Below are positions 48,279 through 58,887 of a stretch of 64,000 nucleotides of DNA, piece after piece. Under the pieces are notes generated by a model. It saw nothing but the letters and a program-made list of their open reading frames with translations. It made no database searches and had not been told where the DNA came from. The stretch lies in assembly GCA_963730935.1 (NCBI GenBank), contig CAVSTP010000003.1:800001-864000 (forward strand), given 5' to 3'. This DNA is from an uncultured Nitrospiraceae bacterium (GTDB lineage: Bacteria > Nitrospirota > Nitrospiria > Nitrospirales > Nitrospiraceae). Position 1 is the stretch's first letter. Each line of letters opens with the position of its first letter. The position numbers and the translations under genes were made by a program.

Positions 48279-48652
48279 AGTTCACCCCTGGTGCGCTGTA
48301 AAGTTCGATAGCCCTACGTCAAGTAGGCGAGTCCTTCTGTCGCCGCAGCATGGTAATAGATAGCAAACAGGCCGACGACTCTGGTTTGTCCTAGGCGAAT
48401 GAATGATGTTTGGAATGTGATACGAAAACAGGACAGCAGAAGCGATTTATTTGCTGCCGCGATAAGCTCAGTACCTGCTCGTACTGCGGAGCAAGATTTC
48501 CCTATTCTAATCAGACCTCTTCCGAATAGTTTGGTAGTCGCTCTAACTGATAACGGCCTTCCCTATCTAGTTTATTGCTCCAGGTTAATATCACCATCAC
48601 CTCCGCCCTACTGTGACAGCCCGATCTCTCCTGGGCATGCGCTCGGTTCTCT

Positions 48653-49048
48653 TTACATGCCCACGTGCTTCTTCAAAATCTCTGAATCCTTGATGGCCGG
48701 ATCGTTCGGGGCAAGCGCCAATGCTTTCTTGAATGAGGCCGTGGCATCTTCATGTTTGCCCATTTTGTCCAAGGTCAGTGCCACATTATAGTGCACGACC
48801 GCGGAATTGGGATCGGCCTTGACCGCCTTTTGATAGTGCTCCATTGCAACATCCCAATGACCTTGCTGGAAGTGGCCTATCCCCTCTTCATTTTCTATCC
48901 GGGCAGCCGAGCTAGCGAGGGCGACCAGGGGAGCATCAGTTGCCTTTCCAGATTGTTTCGATCCATAGCCGGTCTGGCCCGAATCGCATCCGATGGCGAT
49001 GCTGAGGATTATGAAGCCAAAAGCGTGGAATAGAGAGGCGCGTGTCAT
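48653..49048 (-). CDS. TPR lipoprotein
   Basis: AAGGAGG RBS; AIGC lipobox; two TPRs (HYNVALTLDKMGKHEDA). Confidence 0.88.
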   Translation of the reverse strand: MTRASLFHAFGFIILSIAIGCDSGQTGYGSKQSGKATDAPLVALASSAARIENEEGIGHFQQGHWDVAMEHYQKAVKADPNSAVVHYNVALTLDKMGKHEDATASFKKALALAPNDPAIKDSEILKKHVGM

Positions 49049-49576
49049 GGCATCCTCCTTGTTAAAAGTCACTGACTCACGAGGATTGAGTGTAATGCAG
49101 AGAGATGTATGAAGGCTATTCGGTGACCGTCACATCTCGAACAGGGGATATCCCGAGGGGAGGGCAGACAGCATAGCAGCGACAGCAACTATCGAACGAA
49201 TGCCAACGTGCCGAGTAGCCATAAGCGTGTTCATGACCTATGTCATTTTTAAGGCGAGGACCTTCGCCACCTGGTCGGTATAGTCGGCCGCTAGCAGTAT
49301 TTGTTCAGCAGGGAGCGGCTCATGGCTTTCGAGCGCAGCTGAAATTAGCGACTCGCTCGCCCGGAGGTAACCTTCCACTTGTGGATGGAGAGAAAACAGA
49401 TCAGCGTGTTCCATTTGTCTCGGCCTTTCTCACCGTGACGGCAATCGTTCTCTCGGCGGTATGAGACTCCGCGCCATTACGTGAATGAAGAGTGAAGGAA
49501 TGGGTGGCGCAATCTATAACGATGACCGGCGAGATGGCATGAAATCAGGAGAGCACGATCGTCAAGCCTTAGAGGA

Positions 49577-50233
49577 TTGTCATTAACGCTGCTGGCTTTA
49601 ATATGGCTTTTGCCAGCCTGCGTTGCACCACATAAAGACACTCCAAGAGTTATATCCACAAAAGTGGCATCAATGCCTTCTGAACCTCTGCCGGAAACCG
49701 TTCGGGTAGGAAAGCTGATCGATGTTTCACCACCGGAGGATAAAGAAGATGGATGGCTCTATGGCAGTGGGTGGTCTGTCACTTCTCCAGAGCGGTTGAA
49801 CGGTGAACTCGCTCCTTTACTGACTAAAGCCATCGTCTCAGACTTTCAATTTCATAATGTCTTCAAGGGCTTAACCGAGGACAGCAAAGGCGAAGCACTG
49901 GTGCTTGAAGGTAAAATTCATAGATCCGAGCAGCGAAGAGAACAATATATCTGGACGTTATGTTGTGGCCTACTCGGATTTGTGTTGCCCTTTCCACTTA
50001 TGAAGGAGGAAGGAGAAGTAGATCTGGAACTTACGCTGTCGAGAGAAGAAGGCAACCCGATAAGGTCCTATCGAGGGAAGGTGTCTTTTTTAAAACGATG
50101 TAATGCCTATGAGGCGCGTTGTTGGCAAGGTTATAACACGAGTCCTGCAAGATACCTTGATGAAGCCTTCGGCGAGTCCGTTCACCAAATTCATGAGGCC
50201 ATAAGGCAAGATAGGAATCTTATCGTTCATTAG
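49577..50233 (+). CDS. Putative lipoprotein
   Basis: LLPAC lipobox; 218-aa ORF; start uncertain. Confidence 0.65.
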   Translation: MSLTLLALIWLLPACVAPHKDTPRVISTKVASMPSEPLPETVRVGKLIDVSPPEDKEDGWLYGSGWSVTSPERLNGELAPLLTKAIVSDFQFHNVFKGLTEDSKGEALVLEGKIHRSEQRREQYIWTLCCGLLGFVLPFPLMKEEGEVDLELTLSREEGNPIRSYRGKVSFLKRCNAYEARCWQGYNTSPARYLDEAFGESVHQIHEAIRQDRNLIVH

Positions 50234-50629
50234 ACCTAAGTGACCCCAAAAGCCCGCCGCGTGCCGGGAAGAGACTAGCACAGTCTACTTTTTCCCGTCG
50301 GCGGGGTCTATCGCACCCAGCCCGCAGGCTCTCGACGCCGGACCGTCCCTCTGAAGCATACCCTCACTACCCGACAATCAGCCTGGCTCTCTTCAAATGC
50401 TTCACGAGTGAACGAGGCCATCCTTACCCGCCGATTATTTTAAGCGTTCCGGTTATTGTGTAGGAAAGCGACAGGGCTGGCCGGATCTACACCAAAGAGG
50501 TAGGTGCTGCCATACTCCAGAGGTATTGTCTGCCATAGTCCACAATACCTAAACTGTGCCACCTATGTGTAGATCCTAGTAGATAGAGTAGATGGAGCAC
50601 TCTGAGCACATCACCCTAAGACAAAGGAG

Positions 50630-51070
50630 ATGTTTATGCAGAAGTTTGGCCCTCTCGCCTCACTGCTCGCTCTTGCTGTCATGGCAGCAGGCTGCACGTC
50701 CGTCGGCCATCTTGGCATCGTCACCAAGGCCTCCGCTAATAATGCGGATAAGCTGAAATCAGGTGTCGCATTCGAAGAGTTGGGACCGGCGGAAGGAAGC
50801 GCTTGCCGGCATTTTCTCGTGGCGGTGATCCCCTTCGGCGATGCGACGTTTTCCAGCGCTGTAGAAGATGCGCTCGCGCAACGGGGAGGCGATGCCTTAC
50901 TAAACGTGACGGTGTCCAACAGCCTTTACGGTTTTGTTCCCATCTATAACGTTTACAGTTTCACATGTACGTCCGTGCAAGGAGTCGCCGTCAAATTCAA
51001 ACCGATCACTGCCCCTACTGCTGCGGATGGACCCCCCGATGTGATTCCAGTTGCCACTCAACGCCAGTAG
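50630..51070 (+). CDS. Small lipoprotein (TRL-like)
   Basis: AAGC lipobox; EGSAC..IPFGDA..GDALLNVTV..CTSVQG. Confidence 0.75.
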   Translation: MFMQKFGPLASLLALAVMAAGCTSVGHLGIVTKASANNADKLKSGVAFEELGPAEGSACRHFLVAVIPFGDATFSSAVEDALAQRGGDALLNVTVSNSLYGFVPIYNVYSFTCTSVQGVAVKFKPITAPTAADGPPDVIPVATQRQ

Positions 51071-51081
51071 ATAAAACCGGA

Positions 51082-51124
51082 CAGCGTCCTAGGGGACGTA
51101 GGAGCCATGGTTCCCTGGACGCTG
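51082..51124 (+). terminator. Hairpin downstream of the lipoprotein gene
   Basis: CAGCGTCC(T)AGGG..CCCTGGACGCTG. Confidence 0.45.
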
Positions 51125-51569
51125 TACGCGGACAAATTTGCATTGCAGACCAGGGTGGGAATTAACCGGGATTCATGTAAGTAAGTCCCCGTTCTGTCGA
51201 CCCCTAGGATCAGGCGTGATCCTCCGCGTCATCTCCTCCCAAGGCCATCTGTTTCCGAGCCGCGAGCAAGGGTGGACTAACAGGCTGGATGATGTTCCGC
51301 CGGATGGTGAAATGGCACCCCAGCCGCACCCTGGCGAGAAGGAACAAAATAAGGAGAGTTATAAGCTGCGGGAAAATTTGGTGGCGGTGAACCGGACTTG
51401 CTTTTATTTCAGCAAGAAAATCACGATTCCTCTGCGCACGCCGCTCCTGCCGGTGCGACCATCCCAGCCTCGTCAGACGGCCTCCGTGCTTGTCGCGTCG
51501 TGAGCCGTTCCACTTTGCGACCCGAAAGGACCACGCATGCACATCCAACTGCGGTGATTGTCTGGGAAC

Positions 51570-52232
51570 CTAGTCGTGGAGGACGACGTTGAGGAGGGAA
51601 CTGTGCACGCGCAGTGTGCCATTGTAATCAATGAAGCCTAGTTTGCGGAACCTATTCATGAAGAAACTGACACGGGAACGCGTCGTCCCGATCATCTCGG
51701 CGAGCGTTTCCTGACTCAGCTTTGCAATCACCGGCTCCGGTTTGGGTTCTTTGCCGAAATGGGCCAACAACAGCAGCACCCGCGCGAGCCGCTTCTCGCT
51801 GGAGTTAAAGAGATGATCCACCAAATCCTCTTCGATACGAATCGTATGCGCCAGTAGATAGGCCGTAAACAGTTCTGCGAACGCCGGCTTCTCGTGCAGC
51901 AGCTGGATCATGACTTCTTTGTCAATGCGCACGAGCTTGGAGTCTTCCGCGGTGGTCGCGGTCGCCGTCCGAAGCGTCTGTCCGGCGAGGCAGGCTTCCC
52001 CGAAAAAGGCTCCCTGTTCCAGAATCGCGACGACGGCTTCCTTGCCCTGCTGCGAGACCACGGTTAGCTTGACTTTGCCCGCTTGGATATAGAACACGGC
52101 ATCCGCCGGTTCCCCTTGGGAAAAGATCGTGTGTTTCTTCGGCGACGGCAGACTTGTTTTGCCGCTGCCGACTTCGCGGAGGAAGGTGTGAGGATTGAAT
52201 GGCGGCGTTTGCGCGCGTGTCACGCGAGTCAT
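51570..52232 (-). CDS. Crp/Fnr-family transcriptional regulator
   Basis: IFSQGEPAD..FFGEACL..SEKRLARVLL..SQETLAEMIGTTRSRVS. Confidence 0.95.
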   Translation of the reverse strand: MTRVTRAQTPPFNPHTFLREVGSGKTSLPSPKKHTIFSQGEPADAVFYIQAGKVKLTVVSQQGKEAVVAILEQGAFFGEACLAGQTLRTATATTAEDSKLVRIDKEVMIQLLHEKPAFAELFTAYLLAHTIRIEEDLVDHLFNSSEKRLARVLLLLAHFGKEPKPEPVIAKLSQETLAEMIGTTRSRVSFFMNRFRKLGFIDYNGTLRVHSSLLNVVLHD

Positions 52233-52397
52233 AGGTGACCTGCTTGGTCAGAACCTAGTGAACGACGCAGGCGAATTATCGCCCCGCTATAGTGATTAAA
52301 GCAAGGGGGTTGGAACTGGCGCGAGTGCAAAAGACACTGCCACAAAGTCGGAAGGTTCAAATAGTGCCTCCTCAACCCGCATAACTCTGGCCAGTCC

Positions 52398-52607
52398 CTA
52401 AGGCTGACTTTCGTCCTTCCAGTCCAGTAGCATCTGCGTCATCCGGCCCGTCATATCCAGCAGTAGGAGCTTGTCGTGGTCCGAAAGACCATTCTGAATG
52501 AGTAGCTGCTCAGAGACCTGAATGTATTCCCGCACAATTTGATGGGGCTCAGAAGCGGAGGTAGTCCTGAGCTTCTTTTCGGACGGGGGAAGTAAGGAGT
52601 CCGACAT
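52398..52607 (-). CDS. Small helical hypothetical protein
   Basis: AAAGG RBS; 69 aa. Confidence 0.5.
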   Translation of the reverse strand: MSDSLLPPSEKKLRTTSASEPHQIVREYIQVSEQLLIQNGLSDHDKLLLLDMTGRMTQMLLDWKDESQP

Positions 52608-52699
52608 GGGACCGCCTTTCTCACAAAGGTGTCGGCGGTCGGGCCTTCCAGGAGGCCGTCGGCAGGTGTGGTGTGTAGGGAAAACGATGGGCTCAGCCG

Positions 52700-52903
52700 T
52701 TACGCAACGTTGACAGGCTGTTGAGCGATATCAGTAACGCGTTCTCTCGCGTTTCGCCGTACATTCAATATTGCTTGAAGCTCTGCGATGTAATAGGTCA
52801 GGACACTGTACTCATCATCGGTCAGGACCGTTGTAGGCTCACGTGAAATGAGATGCTCGCAGGCAGAGGCAAACGTACGAATTTCTTTGCAGAGTGGTTG
52901 CAT
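52700..52903 (-). CDS. Small helical hypothetical protein
   Basis: AGGTGG RBS; FASACEHLI..LTDDEY..YYIAEL. Confidence 0.6.
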   Translation of the reverse strand: MQPLCKEIRTFASACEHLISREPTTVLTDDEYSVLTYYIAELQAILNVRRNARERVTDIAQQPVNVA

Positions 52904-53248
52904 GTGGCACCACCTTTCCTCAAGTGACGGCGATTCGCAGAGTGAATAGAGAAAAAGATGAAAAAGTGTGGCGAGGATAGCACCCTACTCTTTCGCAGTA
53001 TGGTCAATAGAGAACACCTCTCACGGACTCCCGCAATTGCACGTATTCAAGAAAGCGCGTTGATCGTCCTGCGGCAGGGTTACCGATGCTGTGTGGCTTA
53101 GGGGCAATAACCGATCTTGGCAGACATGCGGGAGACGCAATCGGGAGGCCATCAAGGGGGCAGAATAAAGAAAGGTGGAAGGGGGCGAGATTTGAAAACG
53201 CTCCACCCTCAGAGAGCATAGGTCACTTTCTCTTACCGGTCGGCAGGC

Positions 53249-53650
53249 TTACCGTTGAATGTCTGCCACCGCTCTTTCTATCGCGTCGTACAATTCCACC
53301 ACAGTATTCTTCTTATCCACGACCTCGAAAGCCCCCGCTTTTTTCATGGAATATGCCGTGTAATCCTTCAGGTCGCGCGTGAGTCCGACGACGGCAATGT
53401 GCGGATACTGTGTCTTAATTAGTCGGGTCGCGGCGATCCCGTCCATCTTCGGCATGACAATGTCAATCACGATGACGGTCGGCTGAACCTTTGCCACACA
53501 CGCAAGAACCTCATCACCATCACTCGCTTCACCAACCACTTCGATACTGGGATACACTTCCAAAGTACAGCGCAACCCTTGCCGTACCATGGCGTGGTCA
53601 TCTACCAGTAACACACGAATCGATCTGGCTTTGGGATGAGAGTCCGACAT
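53249..53650 (-). CDS. Stand-alone NarL-type receiver domain (no HTH)
   Basis: IRVLLVDDHAMVRQGL..VVGEASDG..DIVMPKMDGI; ends right after the receiver domain. Confidence 0.88.
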   Translation of the reverse strand: MSDSHPKARSIRVLLVDDHAMVRQGLRCTLEVYPSIEVVGEASDGDEVLACVAKVQPTVIVIDIVMPKMDGIAATRLIKTQYPHIAVVGLTRDLKDYTAYSMKKAGAFEVVDKKNTVVELYDAIERAVADIQR

Positions 53651-54276
53651 TGACGACCGCCTTATCACAATATGTCGGCGGTCGAGCGTCGGCAGTTGTG
53701 TGCTAGAGGGTGTGAAGCAAGCTTGGGCGCTAGTGAAGAAGGTGTCAACGGCTAAGGAGTAGGGCCATCCGTACCCAATGAAGGCTGCCGAACTCCGCAA
53801 GAAAAAGATTGTTCCAACGGTGACGAGCCGTATTCAACTCAGCCTTCCGTTTGAACAAGAGGCCTAGACTCCTGCACCGCCCTCATTAAATTCGTAAACC
53901 GCAGATAGTTTCGCACACCCTGTGCACTGACCGACCGGTCATTGCACATCATTAATAGGAAATCTTTGGCGAATCGTGACCTAATCCGGCCTAGCCTTAC
54001 GCCCGGAAACGTTGCTTGTTCACAAGTAGTGGAACTCATGCGTGGTTTGCTAAACCTACCATAAGCGATCCGCGGCTTGGTTGGACTATTCGATGGCAGA
54101 ACCGACGCTCTATCGCTCTTTCCTTCGGATTGGCAGCAAAGCGGTGGCAAGACTAACGAACTATGGATTTCACCATACGACTATAAAGTGGAAGTGAACT
54201 AATAAACCGCAGGTCAGGACTGGCTGTCAGCCAACAGTCAGAGTAAGATTCTCCCTTCGATTCTTCGGATGACGTC

Positions 54277-55308
54277 ATGACTTCATGCCCTGATATTTCC
54301 AGCCAGGGTAATACCTCATCCCCTAGCTCGCTCATCAGGTGCTCCTGCACCGCTCTGGGACTACTTATCGTCTTGAGCGTCCCCACTGTTGTAGATGCTA
54401 CAGGCGTCGAGGAAGCGTCAGGCATTACGCGTCTAGATGACATGTTACTGATCGTGGGGGATAAGACGCCCGGTGCATACTTCACGTATCCCCTTGCCAA
54501 AACGCAAGAGCCGCTCATTACTCTAGACCCAGCTCTTCAAACACAAATCCAACTTCCGGAAGGCGCAGTAGCCGTCGATCTGGAGGGCATCGCAGTGCTC
54601 GTCGACGGTCGGGTGGTGGTTTTGTCAGAGCGACTCCGTGCCCTCGTCGGCGTAGAGGGGATCATCGCCGAGTATGGGACACCGCTTACAGAATTCGGCA
54701 ACCGAGGGCTTGAAGGCGTCGCGGTCTCTCCCGACGATCACGGCGGGTCGCGGGTCGCCGTTCTCTGGGAAGGCGGCTATCCGGATTATGATCAAGTGCC
54801 CGAGGAACTCCGCCGCATCGTCGGCCGTACACCTCTGCGTCCTGTGATTTGGGTCCATACGATCGGCCGTGGAGAAGCGAAGCTGCATGTGTGGTCGTCT
54901 TCAGTCCACAGTATTGAGTTGCAGGTTCCCGTGCCGGATCAAACTGATCCTCCAAACGGGCAGCGCTTTCGCGCCCCCGACCTTGTCTGGCATCGCTGGA
55001 AGAGCCAGAGCCAGGACGAACTTGGATTCATTGTTCTTCTCAGTTCAGAAAATTCGCCCAGCAACCGGAAACGGGAATTTCGCCGGTACCAATGGCTCCA
55101 GCGTTTTACCCTGGACGGGAAAGCCTATGGTGAGCCGTTGGACCTGGCAACCCTCCTGCCGGAGGACCTTCGGGACAGGAACTGGGAAGGCTTGGGCTGG
55201 CAAGTCCCAAACGAAAAACTCATCATTGTCCATGATGCACCTCCGTACGGGGTGCCAAGCGCCTATGTACTCGTAATACCAAATACGTGGCGTTATCGCG
55301 ATCCCTAG
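54277..55308 (+). CDS. Exported beta-propeller-like protein (SdiA-regulated/DUF3616-like)
   Basis: Repeated EASGI / DLEGIA / GLEGVA / NWEGLG blade motifs. Confidence 0.7.
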   Translation: MTSCPDISSQGNTSSPSSLIRCSCTALGLLIVLSVPTVVDATGVEEASGITRLDDMLLIVGDKTPGAYFTYPLAKTQEPLITLDPALQTQIQLPEGAVAVDLEGIAVLVDGRVVVLSERLRALVGVEGIIAEYGTPLTEFGNRGLEGVAVSPDDHGGSRVAVLWEGGYPDYDQVPEELRRIVGRTPLRPVIWVHTIGRGEAKLHVWSSSVHSIELQVPVPDQTDPPNGQRFRAPDLVWHRWKSQSQDELGFIVLLSSENSPSNRKREFRRYQWLQRFTLDGKAYGEPLDLATLLPEDLRDRNWEGLGWQVPNEKLIIVHDAPPYGVPSAYVLVIPNTWRYRDP

Positions 55309-55666
55309 TGAGATGGAGTTGCTGTCGCCCTTGCCAACCCTCATATGTCCAGGTGGACGTACCGAACCGGATCAACGGTGAAAGGTGCATGACGGCTTCG
55401 GCGGGGAAAGTAGTTTATGTACACGAGAAAAATAGTGATCCAAGTGATGTAAATCGGTTTCTTCAAGACCTACAGAATCGCTATCGTTTTTTATGACTGG
55501 CGACTCAAGGCGGTTGCTGGTACCCGTTGGAACATGAGTCTTGCGGTCATACAAGCGGCACGCTACCTGAGCGGTCTTCCAGCGCAACAACCCCGTGAGC
55601 CTTGCAACCTACGCATACCTCTGATACATCTGCTCGCCGTTACTGTCACACAAGAAGGAGGTGTTC

Positions 55667-55978
55667 ATGTATCGCGATCTTGCCTTTTCCCTTCTTGTCG
55701 TCGGCGTCATGGGATGTACAAGCGTTCATTACAATGAAGTTGACTGTGGAACGCTGCCGAGCGATACATTCTGGTCTGGAAATATCGCGCTTCAATGTCA
55801 GGAGTATCGAAGGCTGCAAGCGGAAACGGCCTATCGGTCCGAAGTGGCCCAATCACTGAGAAGCTATCGGGAGTGCCTCAGCAAGCATGAAGGGTCTTTG
55901 ACCGGCGCCAAAGAACAGTGCTCCGTCTATATTCAAGGCCTCCGCGATTCTCCAGTAGGCTCGCCTTCGATAAAATAG
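55667..55978 (+). CDS. Cys-rich small lipoprotein
   Basis: AAGGAGG RBS; VMGC lipobox; four further Cys. Confidence 0.7.
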   Translation: MYRDLAFSLLVVGVMGCTSVHYNEVDCGTLPSDTFWSGNIALQCQEYRRLQAETAYRSEVAQSLRSYRECLSKHEGSLTGAKEQCSVYIQGLRDSPVGSPSIK

Positions 55979-56002
55979 CTGGAAAGACAACGCTGTACCG
56001 GG

Positions 56003-57139
56003 ATGCAACTGCCTTTACCGCGGGACTTCCCATGGCATTACCAGCTTTGCTGGTGTCTGCCGCGCCGCATATTCGCCCCCGGACAACTCCCGTCTTCACC
56101 AGGCGGTCCCGAACTCGTCCCGATAGCTGTCTGCTCGGCGGCCATCCTGTTGATGGGTCTGACGGCACTCGTCGCCGGCGGCTGTGCCACATCGGCCGAG
56201 TCTAGCCCTCGGCCTGAACTCCGGAACACGTCTCAAGCATCACCTGACATCCCAAGGGATGAACGGGTGGACCTCACAACAGCGTTGTCCCAAACCCTCG
56301 CCGCGCCCGTGCCTGCCTTCCACGCCGCATGCGGCATCCAAATATGCTTGCGCAGTCTCGCCAGCCCGCCCGTTGCTCGGGCAACCGGCGAATTTCAGAT
56401 GAAGAACGATGTCCCTCTGCGACCGCCTCTACGACAAACATGGTTTCATCATCCACCTCTTGTCCCGCTCGGAGATGACGAGGAGTTCGGGCTGCCTCAC
56501 AGCGAGTTCCTTGCGCACCGTGGCGCCGGCTCATTTGGGAATTTCCGGAACCCCTATGCGGGACTTCGCGATCAACCGATCCTTCATCGGGACACTTCAC
56601 GCGCACCCGTCACGGATTCGACGCTCCAGGAGGTCGGCCCTCCGCCGCCCCGCCATACGCTCAAGACGTTCGGGACGTTGACGGCCCTGAGTCTGATCGG
56701 CATCGGCGTCTATGCGTGGGCTCCGACATCGCTGACGGGAGCCGACCATGCCGATCAATGGGAGGAGGCCTCAGCGCATTTCAAAGAGGCCTGGACCAAA
56801 CCACCCGTCATTGATAAAGACCGGGCAGCCGTAAATTATCTCGGGCATCCCTATTTCGGAATGAATTTTTACCTCTCTCAGAGAAATTACGGGGAGAGCC
56901 CTTTGTACTCATTTCTGTTCGCCACGCTCACCTCGACCTGCTTCGAATATTTCATTGAGAGCTGGGCGGAACGGCCCAGCATTCAAGACCTGCTGATCAC
57001 CCCGATTGTGGGATCGATCCTCGGCGAACTCGTGTTTCGGGCCACTCAAGAAATGAGGAAGGATGGATTAACGACGAGCGAGAAAGTCATTCTGACCATC
57101 ATCAACCCACTGTATGTGTTGCAGAACGGGTACCGGTAG
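56003..57139 (+). CDS. DUF3943-domain protein
   Basis: NYLGHPYFG..RNYG..FEYFIESWAERPSIQDLLITPIVGSILGE; start uncertain. Confidence 0.8.
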   Translation: MQLPLPRDFPWHYQLCWCLPRRIFAPGQLPSSPGGPELVPIAVCSAAILLMGLTALVAGGCATSAESSPRPELRNTSQASPDIPRDERVDLTTALSQTLAAPVPAFHAACGIQICLRSLASPPVARATGEFQMKNDVPLRPPLRQTWFHHPPLVPLGDDEEFGLPHSEFLAHRGAGSFGNFRNPYAGLRDQPILHRDTSRAPVTDSTLQEVGPPPPRHTLKTFGTLTALSLIGIGVYAWAPTSLTGADHADQWEEASAHFKEAWTKPPVIDKDRAAVNYLGHPYFGMNFYLSQRNYGESPLYSFLFATLTSTCFEYFIESWAERPSIQDLLITPIVGSILGELVFRATQEMRKDGLTTSEKVILTIINPLYVLQNGYR

Positions 57140-57356
57140 GCTAATGGGATCGAAAAGCCGTGAGACTACGATGCGGCCTTCTTGATCGAGTCATACAGTT
57201 CGTGTGTCAGGGTGTTTTCGCGCAAAGGTTGGCACCATTTAAGACTAGTAGATCCCGATCGCAGTCTCTTGCACAGCTAGACCAAACCTAGATAAAACAT
57301 CATGGCGGACTTGGCGACCGGCTCGAGATCACTAGATTGAAGGAGACCTGCGGGCC

Positions 57357-58142
57357 TTGGCTCTGCTGCGTGCGACTCTCATCCTGATTGTGGTGCTTGC
57401 ACCTGGATGCTCCAGCTCCAGCTACTACGGCTGGCATGTTCGTACCAGTTCGAGCCCCCCTTCTCCGACATTTAATCGGGCGGTACTCACACAGGAGCCT
57501 GTTGCGATATTCGGAGCCTTGGCCCCGCCGAGGCTACTTGGCAGTGAGACGGGTTTAGATTCCATCCTGGCACAAGTTCTCAAAACAGTTGGACCGAGCT
57601 TCAAGGTCATCACCCAGCAGGAAGCGGCCGGCCTGGTTAATAGGAACGATCTCACAAACGAGTACACACGAATGAGAAACGATGCGCTGCAGAGTCATGT
57701 TTTGGACGGCGGGTTGCTCAAGAAGTTAGGGACGGCAATTGGCACACGCTATGTCTTTCAACCCAAACTAATTGAGTTCATGCAGATCACGAAGGATCGG
57801 TGGGAGCTTCCTCCTGTTGCCTTGAAGGTTTCCCGTATTCGTTCGAGTTACATGCGACTATCACTGCAATTATGGGACATGCAGACGGGCGAGTTGCTTT
57901 GGACCTCCCTGGCTGAGGCAAGTCTCGAGAGCGAAGCGGTTGGCCAGGACCCAGTCTACTTCGAGGATACCGCACGAGTGACCTTTGGAAGTATCATCGC
58001 TGACTTCATAAATGGCAAGACCGCCTCGTCCTACGGCCCCCTAGACAAGATCGTCGACCAGTTGATCCAAGTCCCACAGCAGGAGAAACCTGGAAACGCC
58101 GGCAATCCAGAACCAGCCCCCCTCAATGAAAAGGTGAAATGA
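57357..58142 (+). CDS. Putative lipoprotein (CsgG/LpoB-like fold)
   Basis: AAGGAG RBS; LAPGC lipobox; LSLQLWDMQTGELLW. Confidence 0.7.
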   Translation: MALLRATLILIVVLAPGCSSSSYYGWHVRTSSSPPSPTFNRAVLTQEPVAIFGALAPPRLLGSETGLDSILAQVLKTVGPSFKVITQQEAAGLVNRNDLTNEYTRMRNDALQSHVLDGGLLKKLGTAIGTRYVFQPKLIEFMQITKDRWELPPVALKVSRIRSSYMRLSLQLWDMQTGELLWTSLAEASLESEAVGQDPVYFEDTARVTFGSIIADFINGKTASSYGPLDKIVDQLIQVPQQEKPGNAGNPEPAPLNEKVK

Positions 58143-58887
58143 AAGCCTCGCTCGAGGTGAGACCCAAACCTCAGCAAGGAACCATCATCAAACCCGCCAA
58201 GACGCGCACGTAAGGCCGCAGGGAGTTTGGTGGCAGCCGCAGACAGCTTGAAGTCGCGAGTACCGAAGTGTGCCTTGTTAGCTGCACCGACTTCAGGAGT
58301 ATCCTGCTTTGAGGTCTCTTGTGGGTTTAGGTTGTCAGAAGTTGGACCTTTTGAAATCTGTAAGCCGCAGGTCAGTTAGGAAATTTCACCAAAAGACTCG
58401 CCATCATCCAAATCACTTCCACCCCTGAAAGACAGAGGGCGAGCCTCTCATCGTCGAAATGGATGACCAAGGTGGCCTTAGTTCGACCATAAGCAGTGGG
58501 CCGATGATTTTGCATGCCGTTTCTGACAAATCTTCGAGACAACCCTCCCGGTTTGTCCCATCCGACGCATCCGACACATAAGAGACGGCGGCAAGAGATC
58601 GAGAGAGGAGGGCATTCCCCTAGGCCATCTTGTGGAAGTGAAAACCGTCTGGAACTGTAATGCTATAGAGGGCGTAAGGGTTTCTCCCAGGAATCCTCGC
58701 TGAGTCAATCAGACGATTTGTCTTGTCCAGCACACTGTTTCCGCCGTTTCGGCCTCATCGCAGCACTCAGGGAAGCCACTAGCCCCTAGCCCCGCGAAGT
58801 TGCGAGCAATTTGATGTGGAGACGGACCCGTCGGTGGTCCTGGCCTTGCAAACATACGGATTGGAAGGTCTTTAACAAGGAGGAGTT

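Noticed and set aside
51138..51548. Overlapping ORFs on both strands
   Set aside because: No RBS, no motifs and atypical composition.
55287..55496. Short ORF ending VNRFLQDLQNRYRFL
   Set aside because: May be a gene remnant, but I cannot assign a family or a start.
58150..58340. Possible structured ncRNA (TGAAGTCG/CGACTTCA pairing)
   Set aside because: Stems are short and no known family is recognisable by eye.
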